DNA of 64,000 bases from an uncultured Clostridia bacterium (GCA_948562205.1 CAOYAN010000002.1:42660-106659), one strand, 5' to 3'; positions 9,663-20,518 are shown, counted from the stretch's first letter. Program-made: numbers and translations. Notes: generated by a model from the sequence alone, not told the origin.

Positions 9663-11237
9663 ATGAAAAATTATCAAAATTTGAAAATTATTTTAACTAC
9701 TCTTTCGCCAAATTCTCATAGAACGGCAGAAGAAAATTTAGGAATAGGTTATCTTGCATCTTCTTTAAGAAAAAATGGTTTTTTAGTTGAAATAATTGAT
9801 GGATGGCTTGAGGGAATAAGTGATGATGAAGTATTTAAAAGAATTTCTTCTATTGATAATATAGGAATTGTTGGTATATCTTGTTATATGTCAAATAATG
9901 ATTCATCAATAGCATTAGCTAAAAAAATTAGAAAAAATTACCCCAATATTCATCTTATATGCGGTGGCTTTGGACCTTCTTTTACTCCAAATAAATTTTT
10001 AAGTAGTAATACTTTTGAAGTTGCTATGATAGGAGAGGGAGAAAATACTATTGTTTATGTATGTGAAAATTTATTGAGTGGAAAAAGTTTAAAAGGTATA
10101 GAAGGTATTGTCTATTTTGAAAATGGAAATATTATAAAAACAGAAAATAATACACAAATTTTAAATTTAGACTCTTTACCAAGACCTGCAAGAGATACTT
10201 GTAAATTTGCAATTTCAAGAAAGTCTACTGTAAATGTTTTAACTTCTAGGGGCTGTATGGGAAATTGTACTTTTTGTTCAATTAATGCCTTTTGGAAATT
10301 ATCTAAAGGAAAGAAGTGGCGAGGAAGAAGCATAAAAGATATAATAGATGAATTAGAAGAATTATATAATATGGGTATTAGAAATATTAAATTTGTTGAT
10401 GATAGTTTTATTGATGGAAATAGGGATGAAAAATGGGCAAAAGAATTTTATGAAGAAATCAAATCAAGAAATATAAATATGATTTTTAGAGGGTCAATTA
10501 GAGCAGATTTAGTTACTGATGAAATAATAAAATATTTAAAAATGGCTGGATTTACATTATTTGCTTGTGGAATAGAAAATGGTTCTGAAGCTGTTCTTAA
10601 AAGAATGAATAAGTCTGCTAAATTAAGCTCAAATAAAAATGCATTAAATATTTTTAAAAAATATGGCATTTTGGTACAAGCTGGATTTATTTTATTTGAT
10701 GACAAAACAACATTAAGCGAAATAAAAGAAAATTGTATTTTTTTAAAGGAACATAATGAAATTATAATTAAAGGTATATTTTCTGAAATGTTTGCAGCAA
10801 ATGGCACTATTTATACAAAAAGGTTAGAAAGAGAATGTAAGATAAAAAGTGTAGAGATATATGAAAATAATAAGTATGATATAATTGATGAAAATGTAAA
10901 AATTTTATATAACTATGTAAAAAGGTGGCATAAGCTTCATATGAGCATATATGATAAAATTGTTGATCCGATATCAACTCCAAAAGCAATTGATAGTAAA
11001 GAGGCTAAGGAATTTTATGATATATATATGAGTATAAAAAATATTGACATATCATTTTTAGAGTCAATTATAACTCTAGTTGAAAAAAAATGTAGAGTTA
11101 AAGAAATAGAAAATTTTTTCATGGAATATGTTTTAGGTACAAGAGATAAGTACATTATTGCAAGTGATAAAGCAAATTTACTTTATGAAAAATTGAATTT
11201 AAAATATGATGCTAAGCTAAATCCTTTTGTAATGTAA
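9663..11237 (+). CDS. B12-binding-domain radical SAM protein (class B)
   Basis: N-terminal Rossmann-like cobalamin-binding region (IGIVGISCYMSNN...HLICGGFGPS) followed by the radical SAM core SRGCMGNCTFCS. Confidence 0.7.
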   Translation: MKNYQNLKIILTTLSPNSHRTAEENLGIGYLASSLRKNGFLVEIIDGWLEGISDDEVFKRISSIDNIGIVGISCYMSNNDSSIALAKKIRKNYPNIHLICGGFGPSFTPNKFLSSNTFEVAMIGEGENTIVYVCENLLSGKSLKGIEGIVYFENGNIIKTENNTQILNLDSLPRPARDTCKFAISRKSTVNVLTSRGCMGNCTFCSINAFWKLSKGKKWRGRSIKDIIDELEELYNMGIRNIKFVDDSFIDGNRDEKWAKEFYEEIKSRNINMIFRGSIRADLVTDEIIKYLKMAGFTLFACGIENGSEAVLKRMNKSAKLSSNKNALNIFKKYGILVQAGFILFDDKTTLSEIKENCIFLKEHNEIIIKGIFSEMFAANGTIYTKRLERECKIKSVEIYENNKYDIIDENVKILYNYVKRWHKLHMSIYDKIVDPISTPKAIDSKEAKEFYDIYMSIKNIDISFLESIITLVEKKCRVKEIENFFMEYVLGTRDKYIIASDKANLLYEKLNLKYDAKLNPFVM

Positions 11238-11328
11238 ATTATGTAGTGTGTTGATTTACTAAAGCGACTATGTTATAATGTTTGCAGCAATTTAGATTGT
11301 ACTGAATATAAAAAATAGGAGGAAATTT

Positions 11329-13479
11329 ATGCCAGACAAAAATTTCGAGTATGAAAAAAATAGACTAGAAGAAATAATTGAAAGTCTAGAAACTACTCTT
11401 GATGGAGAAGAAACTAAACTTAAAGTTTTACCCAAAAAATATGGTTATGATCCAAGACTTTTACAGAGTTTAATGTCTATGTCTGTACAAAAAATAGATG
11501 GGATTAAAAATCATATTGATAAACCATATTTTGCAAGAATAGACTTTGAAAATTCTAAAGATAAAAAGAAAGAAAAATTATATATTGGGAAAGTTGGTGT
11601 AATTGATTTAGATGGTGAAATTATAGTAACTGATTGGCGTGCTCCAATATCTTCACTATATTATGATGGTAATCTTGGAAGTGCAGAATATGTAGCACCT
11701 GAGGGAACTATAAAAGGAACTCTTGAATTAAAAAGGCAAATAATAATTGAGAATAAGAAACTTTTAGAAATATTCGATGTGGATTCTGTATCAGATGATG
11801 AATTATTAAAGCCATATCTTGGCGCAAATGCTGATAATAGGCTTAAAAATATAGTTGCATCTATTCAAAAAGAGCAAAACGATATAATTAGAAAGCCATT
11901 ATATAATAATATAATTGTTCAAGGGGTAGCTGGTAGTGGAAAAACTACAGTAGCCCTTCATAGAATAGCATATTTAATGTATAATAATTCTAAGAAATAT
12001 CATTCAAATCAATTTATGGTAATTGGGCCAAATAAATTCTTTATAAATTATATTTCTAATGTATTGCCAGATTTAGATGCAGGTCAAGTAGAACAATATA
12101 CTTTTGAAGAACTTGCAAAAAATTATATAGGAGAAAAGTTTACTGTTAAGGATCCTACTAAGAACCTTGTTGAAATACTTTCGGAGGGAAAAGATACTAT
12201 AATTTCAAAGTATAAATTATCTATGGATTATAAAGAGGAATTAGATTGTTTCTTAAACGAATTTGAAAATGAATTTATATCTGAAGATGGTATCTCTATA
12301 AATGGCTTTTGTATTTTTAGCAAAGAACAAGTTTTAGATTTTTTATCATCATCAGTTGATATTGATTTTTCTTCAAAATTACTTAGAGCAAGAAAAGTAA
12401 TTGAAACAAAAATACAAGATGCATCTAATTTATCATCCGATGTAAAATCATATTTTGGAAAACTTATAAAGGAAGCTAAAAGTGATGAAGAAAAGGATAA
12501 TCTTACTAAACTACAATGGGATACAATTGATACTATAAATAAAAATATAAAAACGTATTTAAACAAAAAATTTAATATAAAAAGTCAAAAGATAGTAACT
12601 CTTTATAAAAAGTTTATTACCTATTATAGTAAATATTCTAGAAACCCAGATATTTTAGCATCTATTAAAAAAGAAACTTTAAAAAATATTAATAAAAAAG
12701 ATTTTGATTTTGAAGATTTACCTGCTCTTATGTATATTAAGTTGAAGATTTTTGGAAGTGGAGTCTTTAAAGATTTTGCTCATGTAGTAGTAGATGAATC
12801 TCAAGATTTTGGAGCTTTTAATTTCTTTGTTTTGAAAAATCTTATGAGTAGTAGCACATTTTCTATATTCGGGGATCTTACACAAGGAATATATGAATAT
12901 CGTTCTATTAATGATTGGGAAGAGGTAGTTAATAGTACTTTTTCTGGGAAATGTAATGTTATGTTACTTGAGAAAAGCTATAGAACTACTATAGAAATTA
13001 TGGAGGCTGCAAACTTAGTTTCAAAATATATTGGAATGTTTGAAGGTAAACCTGTTATAAGACATGGTGCTGAAGTATCTTTAAATAAAGTAAATAACCA
13101 AAATAAGGTAAAGTATATTATAAATAATATAGAAAAATATATGTTAAATGGTAATAAGTCTATAGCAATTATATGTAAAACACCAAAAGAAAGTAAAGCC
13201 GTTTATGAAGAATTGTCAAAAATCAATAAAGATATTTCTTTAATTGCTGAGGACAATGAATTATATAATGGCGGTATTTGTGTAGTACCAGCGCATCTTT
13301 CTAAAGGCTTAGAATTTGATTGTGTATTAATATATGATGCTGATGAGTCTACATATTTTTCAGATAATAAAGTTGATATGAAATTATTATATGTAGCTAT
13401 GACAAGGGCATTACATGTATTAGATATTATATATCAAAATAATATTACTAAACCATTAATAAATTTAACTAATAATTAA
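11329..13479 (+). CDS. helD: HelD/DNA helicase IV-like UvrD-family helicase
   Basis: HelD-type N-terminal domain (YFARIDF...GKVGV), Walker A GVAGSGKTTVALHRIAYL, VVVDESQD Walker B, and C-terminal UvrD_C motifs (LYVAMTRALHVL). Confidence 0.7.
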   Translation: MPDKNFEYEKNRLEEIIESLETTLDGEETKLKVLPKKYGYDPRLLQSLMSMSVQKIDGIKNHIDKPYFARIDFENSKDKKKEKLYIGKVGVIDLDGEIIVTDWRAPISSLYYDGNLGSAEYVAPEGTIKGTLELKRQIIIENKKLLEIFDVDSVSDDELLKPYLGANADNRLKNIVASIQKEQNDIIRKPLYNNIIVQGVAGSGKTTVALHRIAYLMYNNSKKYHSNQFMVIGPNKFFINYISNVLPDLDAGQVEQYTFEELAKNYIGEKFTVKDPTKNLVEILSEGKDTIISKYKLSMDYKEELDCFLNEFENEFISEDGISINGFCIFSKEQVLDFLSSSVDIDFSSKLLRARKVIETKIQDASNLSSDVKSYFGKLIKEAKSDEEKDNLTKLQWDTIDTINKNIKTYLNKKFNIKSQKIVTLYKKFITYYSKYSRNPDILASIKKETLKNINKKDFDFEDLPALMYIKLKIFGSGVFKDFAHVVVDESQDFGAFNFFVLKNLMSSSTFSIFGDLTQGIYEYRSINDWEEVVNSTFSGKCNVMLLEKSYRTTIEIMEAANLVSKYIGMFEGKPVIRHGAEVSLNKVNNQNKVKYIINNIEKYMLNGNKSIAIICKTPKESKAVYEELSKINKDISLIAEDNELYNGGICVVPAHLSKGLEFDCVLIYDADESTYFSDNKVDMKLLYVAMTRALHVLDIIYQNNITKPLINLTNN

Positions 13480-13584
13480 TGTAATATAAAAATAAAAGAA
13501 AGTACCAAAAAATCGGTACTTTCTTTTTGATATAAAATCATATAGGAAAAACTAAAACATATATTCATTAGTAAGGGGGATAAG

Positions 13585-14217
13585 ATGAGATACTATATAT
13601 ATTTAGATAAAGAATTATTACAAATTCTTTTTTCTGCTATTGAAGATACAAATTTTGATATAGAAGTAGTAGAATACTCTGTAAGAAGAGATTATGGGAA
13701 TAGTAGTGAAATTTCAATTGATCCCTCTTTTGAAAACATATGTGATTTTGAAAATGGGGAGGAAAAGTATATTGGAGAGAAAAATCAAAGGAAAGGAAGA
13801 TGTAGTAAAGCTTCAAAAGAATGTGTTGGAGTAAGATATGGTCATAATAATTCCTGCAATATACAAACTGAAAAAAGATATATAAATATTGATGATATAT
13901 CAAATATGAAAAATAATGCTTTTTATCATAAACTTATTAAGAGAATGAATAGTGAAGTGGAAAAAGAAAATTCAAGAATAGTTATGGAGACTGGAATTAT
14001 AGAGTCTTGTAATAATATGTCTATAGAAAATGAAAAGGATGGATTTTTTGTTTTAAATAATAATTATATATGGTTTAATAAAGAAAAAATTAGTAGTGAT
14101 ATAAAGCTTCTTTGTGGTATGGATTGTAAAATAAATGTTATTGGGTATTTGATAAATTGCAAAAGAGAGGAGACGTCTAAAAATATTATAAAAGCAATTG
14201 CTATATTTTTAGAATAA
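13585..14217 (+). CDS. hypothetical protein
   Basis: ORF with a GGGGGA ribosome-binding site; no recognisable motif. Confidence 0.3.
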   Translation: MRYYIYLDKELLQILFSAIEDTNFDIEVVEYSVRRDYGNSSEISIDPSFENICDFENGEEKYIGEKNQRKGRCSKASKECVGVRYGHNNSCNIQTEKRYINIDDISNMKNNAFYHKLIKRMNSEVEKENSRIVMETGIIESCNNMSIENEKDGFFVLNNNYIWFNKEKISSDIKLLCGMDCKINVIGYLINCKREETSKNIIKAIAIFLE

Positions 14218-14245
14218 TTCCCCTAATATAATTAGAGGAATTATT

Positions 14246-15262
14246 CTAATATTCTGTTAGTATATGTTCTATTTCTTTTTTGTTATTTTCTACTAAATTT
14301 ATAAAAGACTCAGCTAAATCTTTGTCAAATTGAGTTCCTAAGTTTTTCTTAATTTCAGATATTGCAAAATCAATTGTTGTTTCTTCTTTATAAGGTCTTT
14401 TTGAAACGATTGCATCAAAAGAGTCACATATTGTAAGAACTTTTGCAAGATGTGGAATTTGATTACCTTTTAGTCCTTGAGGATATCCTTTTCCATCAAT
14501 TCTTTCATGATGTGAATATACAATTGGACAAATATCTTTATATATGTCAGATACTGATAGTATATTTGATGCAATAATAGTATGTAATTTTATTGTGTTA
14601 TATTCTTCTTCAGTAAGTTTTCCATCATTTAGTAGTATACTATCTGGTATGCCTATTTTGCCAATATCATGAAATGTAGCTGCAATTTGCAAGTCAGATA
14701 AATCTTTTTGAGATAAATTTAATTTTTTTGCAAATATACTACAAAGCATTGCAACACGTCTTGAATGTTCTTCTGTATAGTGATCTTTAGCATTTATTGT
14801 TTTAAGTAGAATTTGTGCAAAATCTATTAAATAGTGTTCTAATTTTTTATCCATATTTTTTATTTCATTTATTTGTTCTATATATTTAATACCACTTTGT
14901 ATCATAAGTATTAATTGATCAAACCTATTGCTTTTTTCAAAATAGGCTTGTATATCTAATTTTTTCATTACTTCTATTGATGGAGCAAGATCTTTATGAA
15001 CAGACATAAGTATTATATATATATCTTTATTAAATTCTCTTACTAGTTCAACAATTCTATCTCCTTTTACAGGTGTCATTAGATAATTTACAATTAAAAT
15101 ATCATATTTAGCAGTTTTTAAATTTTCTATAGCAGATACAGGCTCTGTAAAAGTATCTATTGTATGACCATACTTCTTTAAAACAACAGATAACATTTCC
15201 ATCATATTTACATCATCATCTATAACAAGTATTTTTGCATTTGTTATTTTTTCTTCTCCCAT
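14246..15262 (-). CDS. response regulator with receiver domain fused to HD-GYP phosphodiesterase domain
   Basis: Receiver region: KILVIDDD, an Asp pocket, K in LMSVHKD. HD-GYP region: HTEEHSRRV...HDIGK...HHERIDGKGYP. Confidence 0.8.
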   Translation of the reverse strand: MGEEKITNAKILVIDDDVNMMEMLSVVLKKYGHTIDTFTEPVSAIENLKTAKYDILIVNYLMTPVKGDRIVELVREFNKDIYIILMSVHKDLAPSIEVMKKLDIQAYFEKSNRFDQLILMIQSGIKYIEQINEIKNMDKKLEHYLIDFAQILLKTINAKDHYTEEHSRRVAMLCSIFAKKLNLSQKDLSDLQIAATFHDIGKIGIPDSILLNDGKLTEEEYNTIKLHTIIASNILSVSDIYKDICPIVYSHHERIDGKGYPQGLKGNQIPHLAKVLTICDSFDAIVSKRPYKEETTIDFAISEIKKNLGTQFDKDLAESFINLVENNKKEIEHILTEY

Positions 15263-15657
15263 ACATAATTCACCTACTTTTAAGTAAGTATATCAAAAAT
15301 ATGTTAAATAATCAATATAATTTTGTTATTTAAAATTAAGCAATGTTTAGATTTAAAATAATTTGAAATATTTTTAACAAATTTTTATTAATGTAAAGAT
15401 TTTCTAATTATTTTTGAATTGTATGGGTAACATACTTCAACATTTTTGTTTAACAAGTTAGGCAAACATTATGATATTTTATTTATTAAGATAAATCTTT
15501 CACTCTCAAAGAGAGGGAAACAGCTTGAAATTGTGGAAAAATATAGAAAACTCAAATTCAAAATATGGTAATTTACTGAAATTTTTAAAAATCATAGTAT
15601 TTTAAATTAATTTATGCTATACTATAATTAGTAGATTTTAGGAAAGGAGTTAAATAT

Positions 15658-15870
15658 ATGGCAAATGTAAAACAACGAATGATAGATATTGTTAATTCTG
15701 TGCCTAATGATTATTTTGATGGTTTAAAATCAACAGAAATGGTATTTAAACTTATGATGGAGTATATAAAAAGATATGGTGAAGATGAAACAACTATTAT
15801 TCCTGGTACTAATAAACATTTTAATTATGAAACACTAAAAGAAATACTACAAAATATAAATCCAAATTAA
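15658..15870 (+). CDS. small hypothetical protein
   Basis: AGGAAAGGAG ribosome-binding site; 70 aa; no motif. Confidence 0.25.
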   Translation: MANVKQRMIDIVNSVPNDYFDGLKSTEMVFKLMMEYIKRYGEDETTIIPGTNKHFNYETLKEILQNINPN

Positions 15871-15884
15871 AAGGAGGCTAGAAA

Positions 15885-16076
15885 ATGGATTTTATGAAAA
15901 GAACTTTAAGTCAAGTTAATACAAAAGAAAATACTCTATATGATTTTATCTATAATTTAATTTTCTTTATATCTTTAGAAAAGAGTGAAGATGATATAAA
16001 AAATGATAGAGTTATGACTATTGAAGAATCGAAAGCGAGGTTGAGACAAAAATATGGAAATCTCAATATCGAATAG
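15885..16076 (+). CDS. putative antitoxin of a ParE/RelE-type TA pair
   Basis: AAGGAGG ribosome-binding site; 63 aa; overlaps the start of the downstream toxin gene in typical TA fashion. Confidence 0.3.
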   Translation: MDFMKRTLSQVNTKENTLYDFIYNLIFFISLEKSEDDIKNDRVMTIEESKARLRQKYGNLNIE

Positions 16077-16394
16077 AGCTCAAAGTAATATTGAAAATAT
16101 TGTAGAGTTTACTTTAAGGATTTCTACTAACTATGCTAACAGCGTTGTAAATGAGAATACTCTACTATATACTCGATTAAAGATGCTCCATATATTGGAA
16201 GATATGTTATTGAAATTCCGGACAAGCATTATCGAGAACGAATTTGTGGAAATTATAGAATAATCTATGTTGTTTCGGAAAAGCATAACACTATTTTCAT
16301 TAGATATATAATTAGTGGGAAACAAAATTCTAATCTATTTTTTGAAGTTCATAAAAAAGAAATTTCTAATTTTTTGAATCATTTATTTAATTAA
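16054..16394 (+). pseudogene. ParE/RelE-family toxin gene disrupted by a frameshift near 16150-16165
   Basis: Frame A (16054..16263) gives a ParE-like N-terminus, MEISISNRAQSNIENIVEF.... The alternative frame from ~16146 gives a RelE/ParE C-terminus, ...IKDAPYIGRYVIEIPDKHYRERICGNYRIIYVVSEKHNTIFIRYIISGKQ (the GNYRIIY motif). Confidence 0.5.
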
Positions 16395-16800
16395 ATTCTT
16401 ATTTGTATAGTTTCTAAACTTATTTCATGTGATTAGGTAATTTAATGATATATATTCTTCATTTTTCATATTGTAATTTATCTTTTGTTTGGCATAAGAG
16501 TCAAAGAGTATTATTTGATATACTGGCTTATCTCTTAAAAGTTTTTCTAGCTTTTCAATGGTATATATTTTTTACTCATGGTATCAGATCTCATTTATTA
16601 TTATATTATTAATATAGCATAATTTTTAATAATTTCATATATTTATTTTATATCTTTTATAAATAGTTTAGATAAGTAACTTAAAAAATTAATATTTATT
16701 ATTATTTTTAGTTAATTTCTATCTATGAATTTTGAAAGTAGGTAAAATTAAAAATACAAAATAAAACTAATTTCTTGTCGAAAGTTGCGACCGATTTTTC

Positions 16801-16829
16801 TTGACATTACTGGGATAGGATGTTATATT
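16801..16829 (+). promoter_or_regulatory. sigma-A type promoter (TTGACA-17-TATATT) preceded by palindrome GTCGaaagttgCGAC
   Basis: Exact -35 hexamer, 17-nt spacer and a near-consensus -10. A GCAGGAGGTG ribosome-binding site follows, then a 40-codon hydrophobic peptide ORF (~16846-16965) and ORF 16952. Confidence 0.45.
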
Positions 16830-16951
16830 ATTAGTGCAGGAGGTGATGAAAATAAAAATTGTTTTTATTATATTTTCCATTTTCATTTCTTATAATCTAG
16901 TTTCAATATTTTTTATTTCTAAAAAACGAAGTAAGTTTTTTTCTAAAAGAG

Positions 16952-17578
16952 GTGACAAATATTAATAAAATTTTTGTTCTAATAAAATCAAGAAAAATTC
17001 AGTTATATATATCGATAATTTCAATTCTTATATTTTTTATTTTATGTTTTATATATAATAAATTAATGTTAAATTCTAAATGTATTTTTGTCCTAAAAGA
17101 AGATATTTCAAAAGGTGAGATAATAACATATGACACAGTTCAAAAAGTAATAGTTAAAAATTTAAATCAAGAGGAATTAGTATGTCTATATGATAGTATA
17201 GCAAAATTTGATCTTAAAAAAGGACAAATCTTAAATAACGAAATAATATCAAATAATAAAGAGGATATTATAAATGAAAAAATTATTATACCCTTAAATA
17301 ATAATGTAGTTAAATTAAAAAAAGGTGATTTTGTAAACTTATATATTACAACTAATAAAGAAAATATAAAATATGCAAAAAGATTTAAGTATCCTTTTGT
17401 TATTAATAATATAAGTAAAGAGATTACTATGAAAATAATTAGTAAAAGAGAGGTACTTAATATATATAATGATACTGAAAATAAGGTATATGTAATGATT
17501 GAAGTAGAAAAAGATATAGCCTTGTTTATAGAGAATATAAAAGATATATCAAAATTTAGTCTATCAATTGTAGAGTGA
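16952..17578 (+). CDS. hypothetical membrane-anchored protein (possible SAF/CpaB-like domain)
   Basis: GTG start with an AAGAGGTG ribosome-binding site; N-terminal TM; weak resemblance to Flp-pilus CpaB SAF domains. Confidence 0.25.
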   Translation: MTNINKIFVLIKSRKIQLYISIISILIFFILCFIYNKLMLNSKCIFVLKEDISKGEIITYDTVQKVIVKNLNQEELVCLYDSIAKFDLKKGQILNNEIISNNKEDIINEKIIIPLNNNVVKLKKGDFVNLYITTNKENIKYAKRFKYPFVINNISKEITMKIISKREVLNIYNDTENKVYVMIEVEKDIALFIENIKDISKFSLSIVE

Positions 17579-17579
17579 G

Positions 17580-17963
17580 GTGATTAATATTAAAATAGCA
17601 TTTCTGTACGATAGGCAAATATATCGCTTTCATAATAGAGTAGATAAAATAAAAAACTATATAAATAATATAATTAGAAAAGATAAAAAAGTATCACACC
17701 TTCAAACTATCACAGATACGAAAATAAAATATGATTTATATGTCATTTTATCAGATGATATTTATGAAATAGAAAAATATATTAATATGATTAAAATTAA
17801 AGATAAAAATAAAATAATAATAATTACTAAAAACAAACAAATAGACCATGTTATAAAATGTATAAATATAACAAGAAATATGTATTATTTATATAGTAGT
17901 GATGAATATTTAGTTAAAAAGATTAAAAATATTTATGAGAGCAGTTTAGCAAAATATAATTAA
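17580..17963 (+). CDS. hypothetical protein
   Basis: Translationally coupled to the upstream ORF; Lys/Ile-rich with no motif. Confidence 0.2.
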   Translation: MINIKIAFLYDRQIYRFHNRVDKIKNYINNIIRKDKKVSHLQTITDTKIKYDLYVILSDDIYEIEKYINMIKIKDKNKIIIITKNKQIDHVIKCINITRNMYYLYSSDEYLVKKIKNIYESSLAKYN

Positions 17964-18038
17964 AACATACCTTAGTAGTTCCAAAAAAATGGGAATATAT
18001 AATAAAAATATAAGCCTACTTTATATTGGAGTAGGCTT

Positions 18039-18650
18039 TTAAATTTTTGATAAAGTTTGTAGGGCATTATTTTCAATTATTAGTTTTGATTTTTCTTTTA
18101 TAGAAGTTGAAAACATATCTAGCGAGTAATATTTTTTACAATACTCAGAAAGTATCACAAATGTCTTTAAAAATTTTATATTTTTAGTAGAATAAGGACT
18201 AAAGATTATGTAGTATAAATTATTATATTTATATAAACTATTTTTACCAAAGAAAAGTTTTTCTTGCTTTGCTATATTGCACATATCTAATATAGCATCT
18301 AGTGAATCAAAACAGTAAATATTGCTATTTACTTTATAGTTTATATTACTATTTCTCAAGTTTTTAGAGCCTTTCTTAGTTTCTAAAAGTGAATATTTTT
18401 TAAGTTCTGGCATATCTTCAATTTTTGTTATTGTAACAATAATAGATTTATTATTATCTGAAGTCGTTTCAATCATAAAGTTAGAAGTATCATCTATTGT
18501 AAAAGTTTCATCTAAATCTAATTCTTCGATAAGATTTAATAATATATTTGTATTTTTTTGTATATCATTAAAAGAGATTTTTCTTTTTTTTAGTTCATCA
18601 AAAGATAATGTTATTTTTACTTTATTTTCATTTATAAGTTCGACTTTCAT
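18039..18650 (-). CDS. mecA: adaptor protein MecA (ClpC adaptor)
   Basis: N-terminus MKVELINENKVKITLSFDELKKRKISFNDI matches the MecA N-domain; the C-terminus ...KLIIENNALQTL resembles the MecA ClpC-binding domain. The start is taken at Met5, which has a GGAGGTG ribosome-binding site. Confidence 0.6.
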   Translation of the reverse strand: MKVELINENKVKITLSFDELKKRKISFNDIQKNTNILLNLIEELDLDETFTIDDTSNFMIETTSDNNKSIIVTITKIEDMPELKKYSLLETKKGSKNLRNSNINYKVNSNIYCFDSLDAILDMCNIAKQEKLFFGKNSLYKYNNLYYIIFSPYSTKNIKFLKTFVILSEYCKKYYSLDMFSTSIKEKSKLIIENNALQTLSKI

Positions 18651-18861
18651 GTACACCTCCATGTATATATAATAAGTATATGTATTATATAATTAAAGAG
18701 TTCCAAAGTCAATAATAACTTAACTAAAATACAAGAAAAAATCTTAATAATAATTCAAAAATATTGCAAGTTACATAAATTTATGTTATAATATTTTAAG
18801 TTAATTTCCTTACTCTATATTTATTATAGAGTCTATGGCCAGGAGGAGGTGAGTTTAAGTC

Positions 18862-19143
18862 ATGAATAATTACGAATCAGTTATAATACTTTCTACAAGT
18901 GCAACAGAAGAGGAAACAGTTGCTTTTGGAGAAAAAATGAAAAACTTAATTGCAGGAAGTGGCGAACTTACAAATGTTGAGGAATGGGGTAAGAAAACTT
19001 TAGCTTATGAGATTAAAAAGCAAAAAGAAGGTTACTACATACTATTTACATTTGTAGCAAAACCAGAATTTATTTCTGAATTTGAAAGAGTATTAAGACT
19101 AGATGAAATAGTTTTAAAACATATAGTAATCAAAAAAGACTAA
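18862..19143 (+). CDS. rpsF: 30S ribosomal protein S6
   Basis: MNNYESVIILS...EEWGKKTLAYEIKK...GYY is conserved S6 sequence; the rpsF-ssb-rpsR operon order is intact. Confidence 0.9.
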   Translation: MNNYESVIILSTSATEEETVAFGEKMKNLIAGSGELTNVEEWGKKTLAYEIKKQKEGYYILFTFVAKPEFISEFERVLRLDEIVLKHIVIKKD

Positions 19144-19191
19144 TATTTGAAAAAATTACACTAAAAGTGTTTGATAGGGGGAAAAAAGAAT

Positions 19192-19611
19192 ATGAATAAA
19201 TTTCAATTTATGGGGAGATTAACAAGAGACCCTGAGGCTAGATTTACGCCAAATACTAATACACCAGTAACAACATTTTCTATTGCTGTAAATAGAAGAT
19301 TTGCAGATCAAAATGGTGAGAGAAAAGCAGATTTTTTTAATTTAACTGCTTATGGAAAGCTAGCTGAGTTTTGTGCTAAATACTATAGAAAAGGACAACA
19401 AGTATTGGTCGAAGGTAGAATACAAAACAGAACTTGGGATGATCAAAATGGTCAAAAAAGATATGCAACAGATTATATAATAGAAAACGCATATTTTGCT
19501 GATTCAAGAAGAGAGCCAGGTGCTGGTGATGGAATGGGAGTAGATATGCCATCATCAAGTATAGATGGAGAATTTATAACAATAGATGATACTGATGATT
19601 TACCATTCTAA
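19192..19611 (+). CDS. ssb: single-stranded DNA-binding protein
   Basis: [15 protein letters not shown]...OB fold; Gly-rich tail ending DDLPF. Confidence 0.9.
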   Translation: MNKFQFMGRLTRDPEARFTPNTNTPVTTFSIAVNRRFADQNGERKADFFNLTAYGKLAEFCAKYYRKGQQVLVEGRIQNRTWDDQNGQKRYATDYIIENAYFADSRREPGAGDGMGVDMPSSSIDGEFITIDDTDDLPF

Positions 19612-19643
19612 TTCAATTTATATTGGAGAGGAGGAAAAATAAA

Positions 19644-19907
19644 ATGGCAGATAATAAAAATGCAAAAAGAGGATCTAAAGGAGATAAGAACTTTAGAAGA
19701 CCTAGAAAAAAAGTTTGTAATTTTTGCGTTGATAGAATTGACGAAATAGATTATAAAGATGTAGAAAAATTAAAAAAATATGTAAGTGATAAAGGTAAAA
19801 TCTTACCTAGAAGAGTTACAGGAACTTGTGCTAAACATCAAAGAAAAGTTACTGAGGCTATTCAAAGAGCAAGACATATTGCACTTTTACCATATACAGT
19901 AAAATAG
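19644..19907 (+). CDS. rpsR: 30S ribosomal protein S18
   Basis: [45 protein letters not shown]. Confidence 0.9.
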   Translation: MADNKNAKRGSKGDKNFRRPRKKVCNFCVDRIDEIDYKDVEKLKKYVSDKGKILPRRVTGTCAKHQRKVTEAIQRARHIALLPYTVK

Positions 19908-19999
19908 GTATAATGTTCACGTTAATGTGGACATTTTTCTTTTTTTATTGATTTTTTTCAAAAATTAAAATATAATATATTAAGAAAAGGAGAAATATT

Positions 20000-20518
20000 A
20001 TGACAGAGAGTTTAGTAGCTAGTATAATAGATTTATTTGGAAGTTTTACTTCAGCACCATTTGGTAAAGAAATTATTACATTTATTATTTCATTACTTCC
20101 GATATTAGAGCTTAGAGGAGGTTTGCTTGCAGCAGGTGCTCTAAATCTTAATCCATTCATTGCATATATTGTTGCAATAATTGGTAATTTACTTCCAATA
20201 CCATTTATTTTACTTTTTTTAACACCTATTTTTAATTGGATGAAAAAAAGAAAGTTCTTAAAGAAAATAGTTGATAAATTAGAGAAAAAAGCAGAGAGTA
20301 AAAAAGATAAGTTTGAAAAGGGAGAATTTATTGCATTAATTCTTTTTGTTGGTATCCCATTACCTGGAACTGGTGCTTGGACTGGTGCCCTTATTGCTAG
20401 TGTTATTGGTATGGATAAAAAGAAAGCATTTCTTGCAATATCTCTTGGAATTTTAATGGCAAGTATAATAATGATGATACTTTCATATGGTATTTTAAAT
20501 AATGCTATGTATCATTAA
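20000..20518 (+). CDS. small multidrug export-like membrane protein (PF06695-like)
   Basis: Four-TM protein carrying the LELRGGLLAAGALNLNP...IGNLLPIPF signature that I associate with the Sm_multidrug_ex family. Confidence 0.45.
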   Translation: MTESLVASIIDLFGSFTSAPFGKEIITFIISLLPILELRGGLLAAGALNLNPFIAYIVAIIGNLLPIPFILLFLTPIFNWMKKRKFLKKIVDKLEKKAESKKDKFEKGEFIALILFVGIPLPGTGAWTGALIASVIGMDKKKAFLAISLGILMASIIMMILSYGILNNAMYH

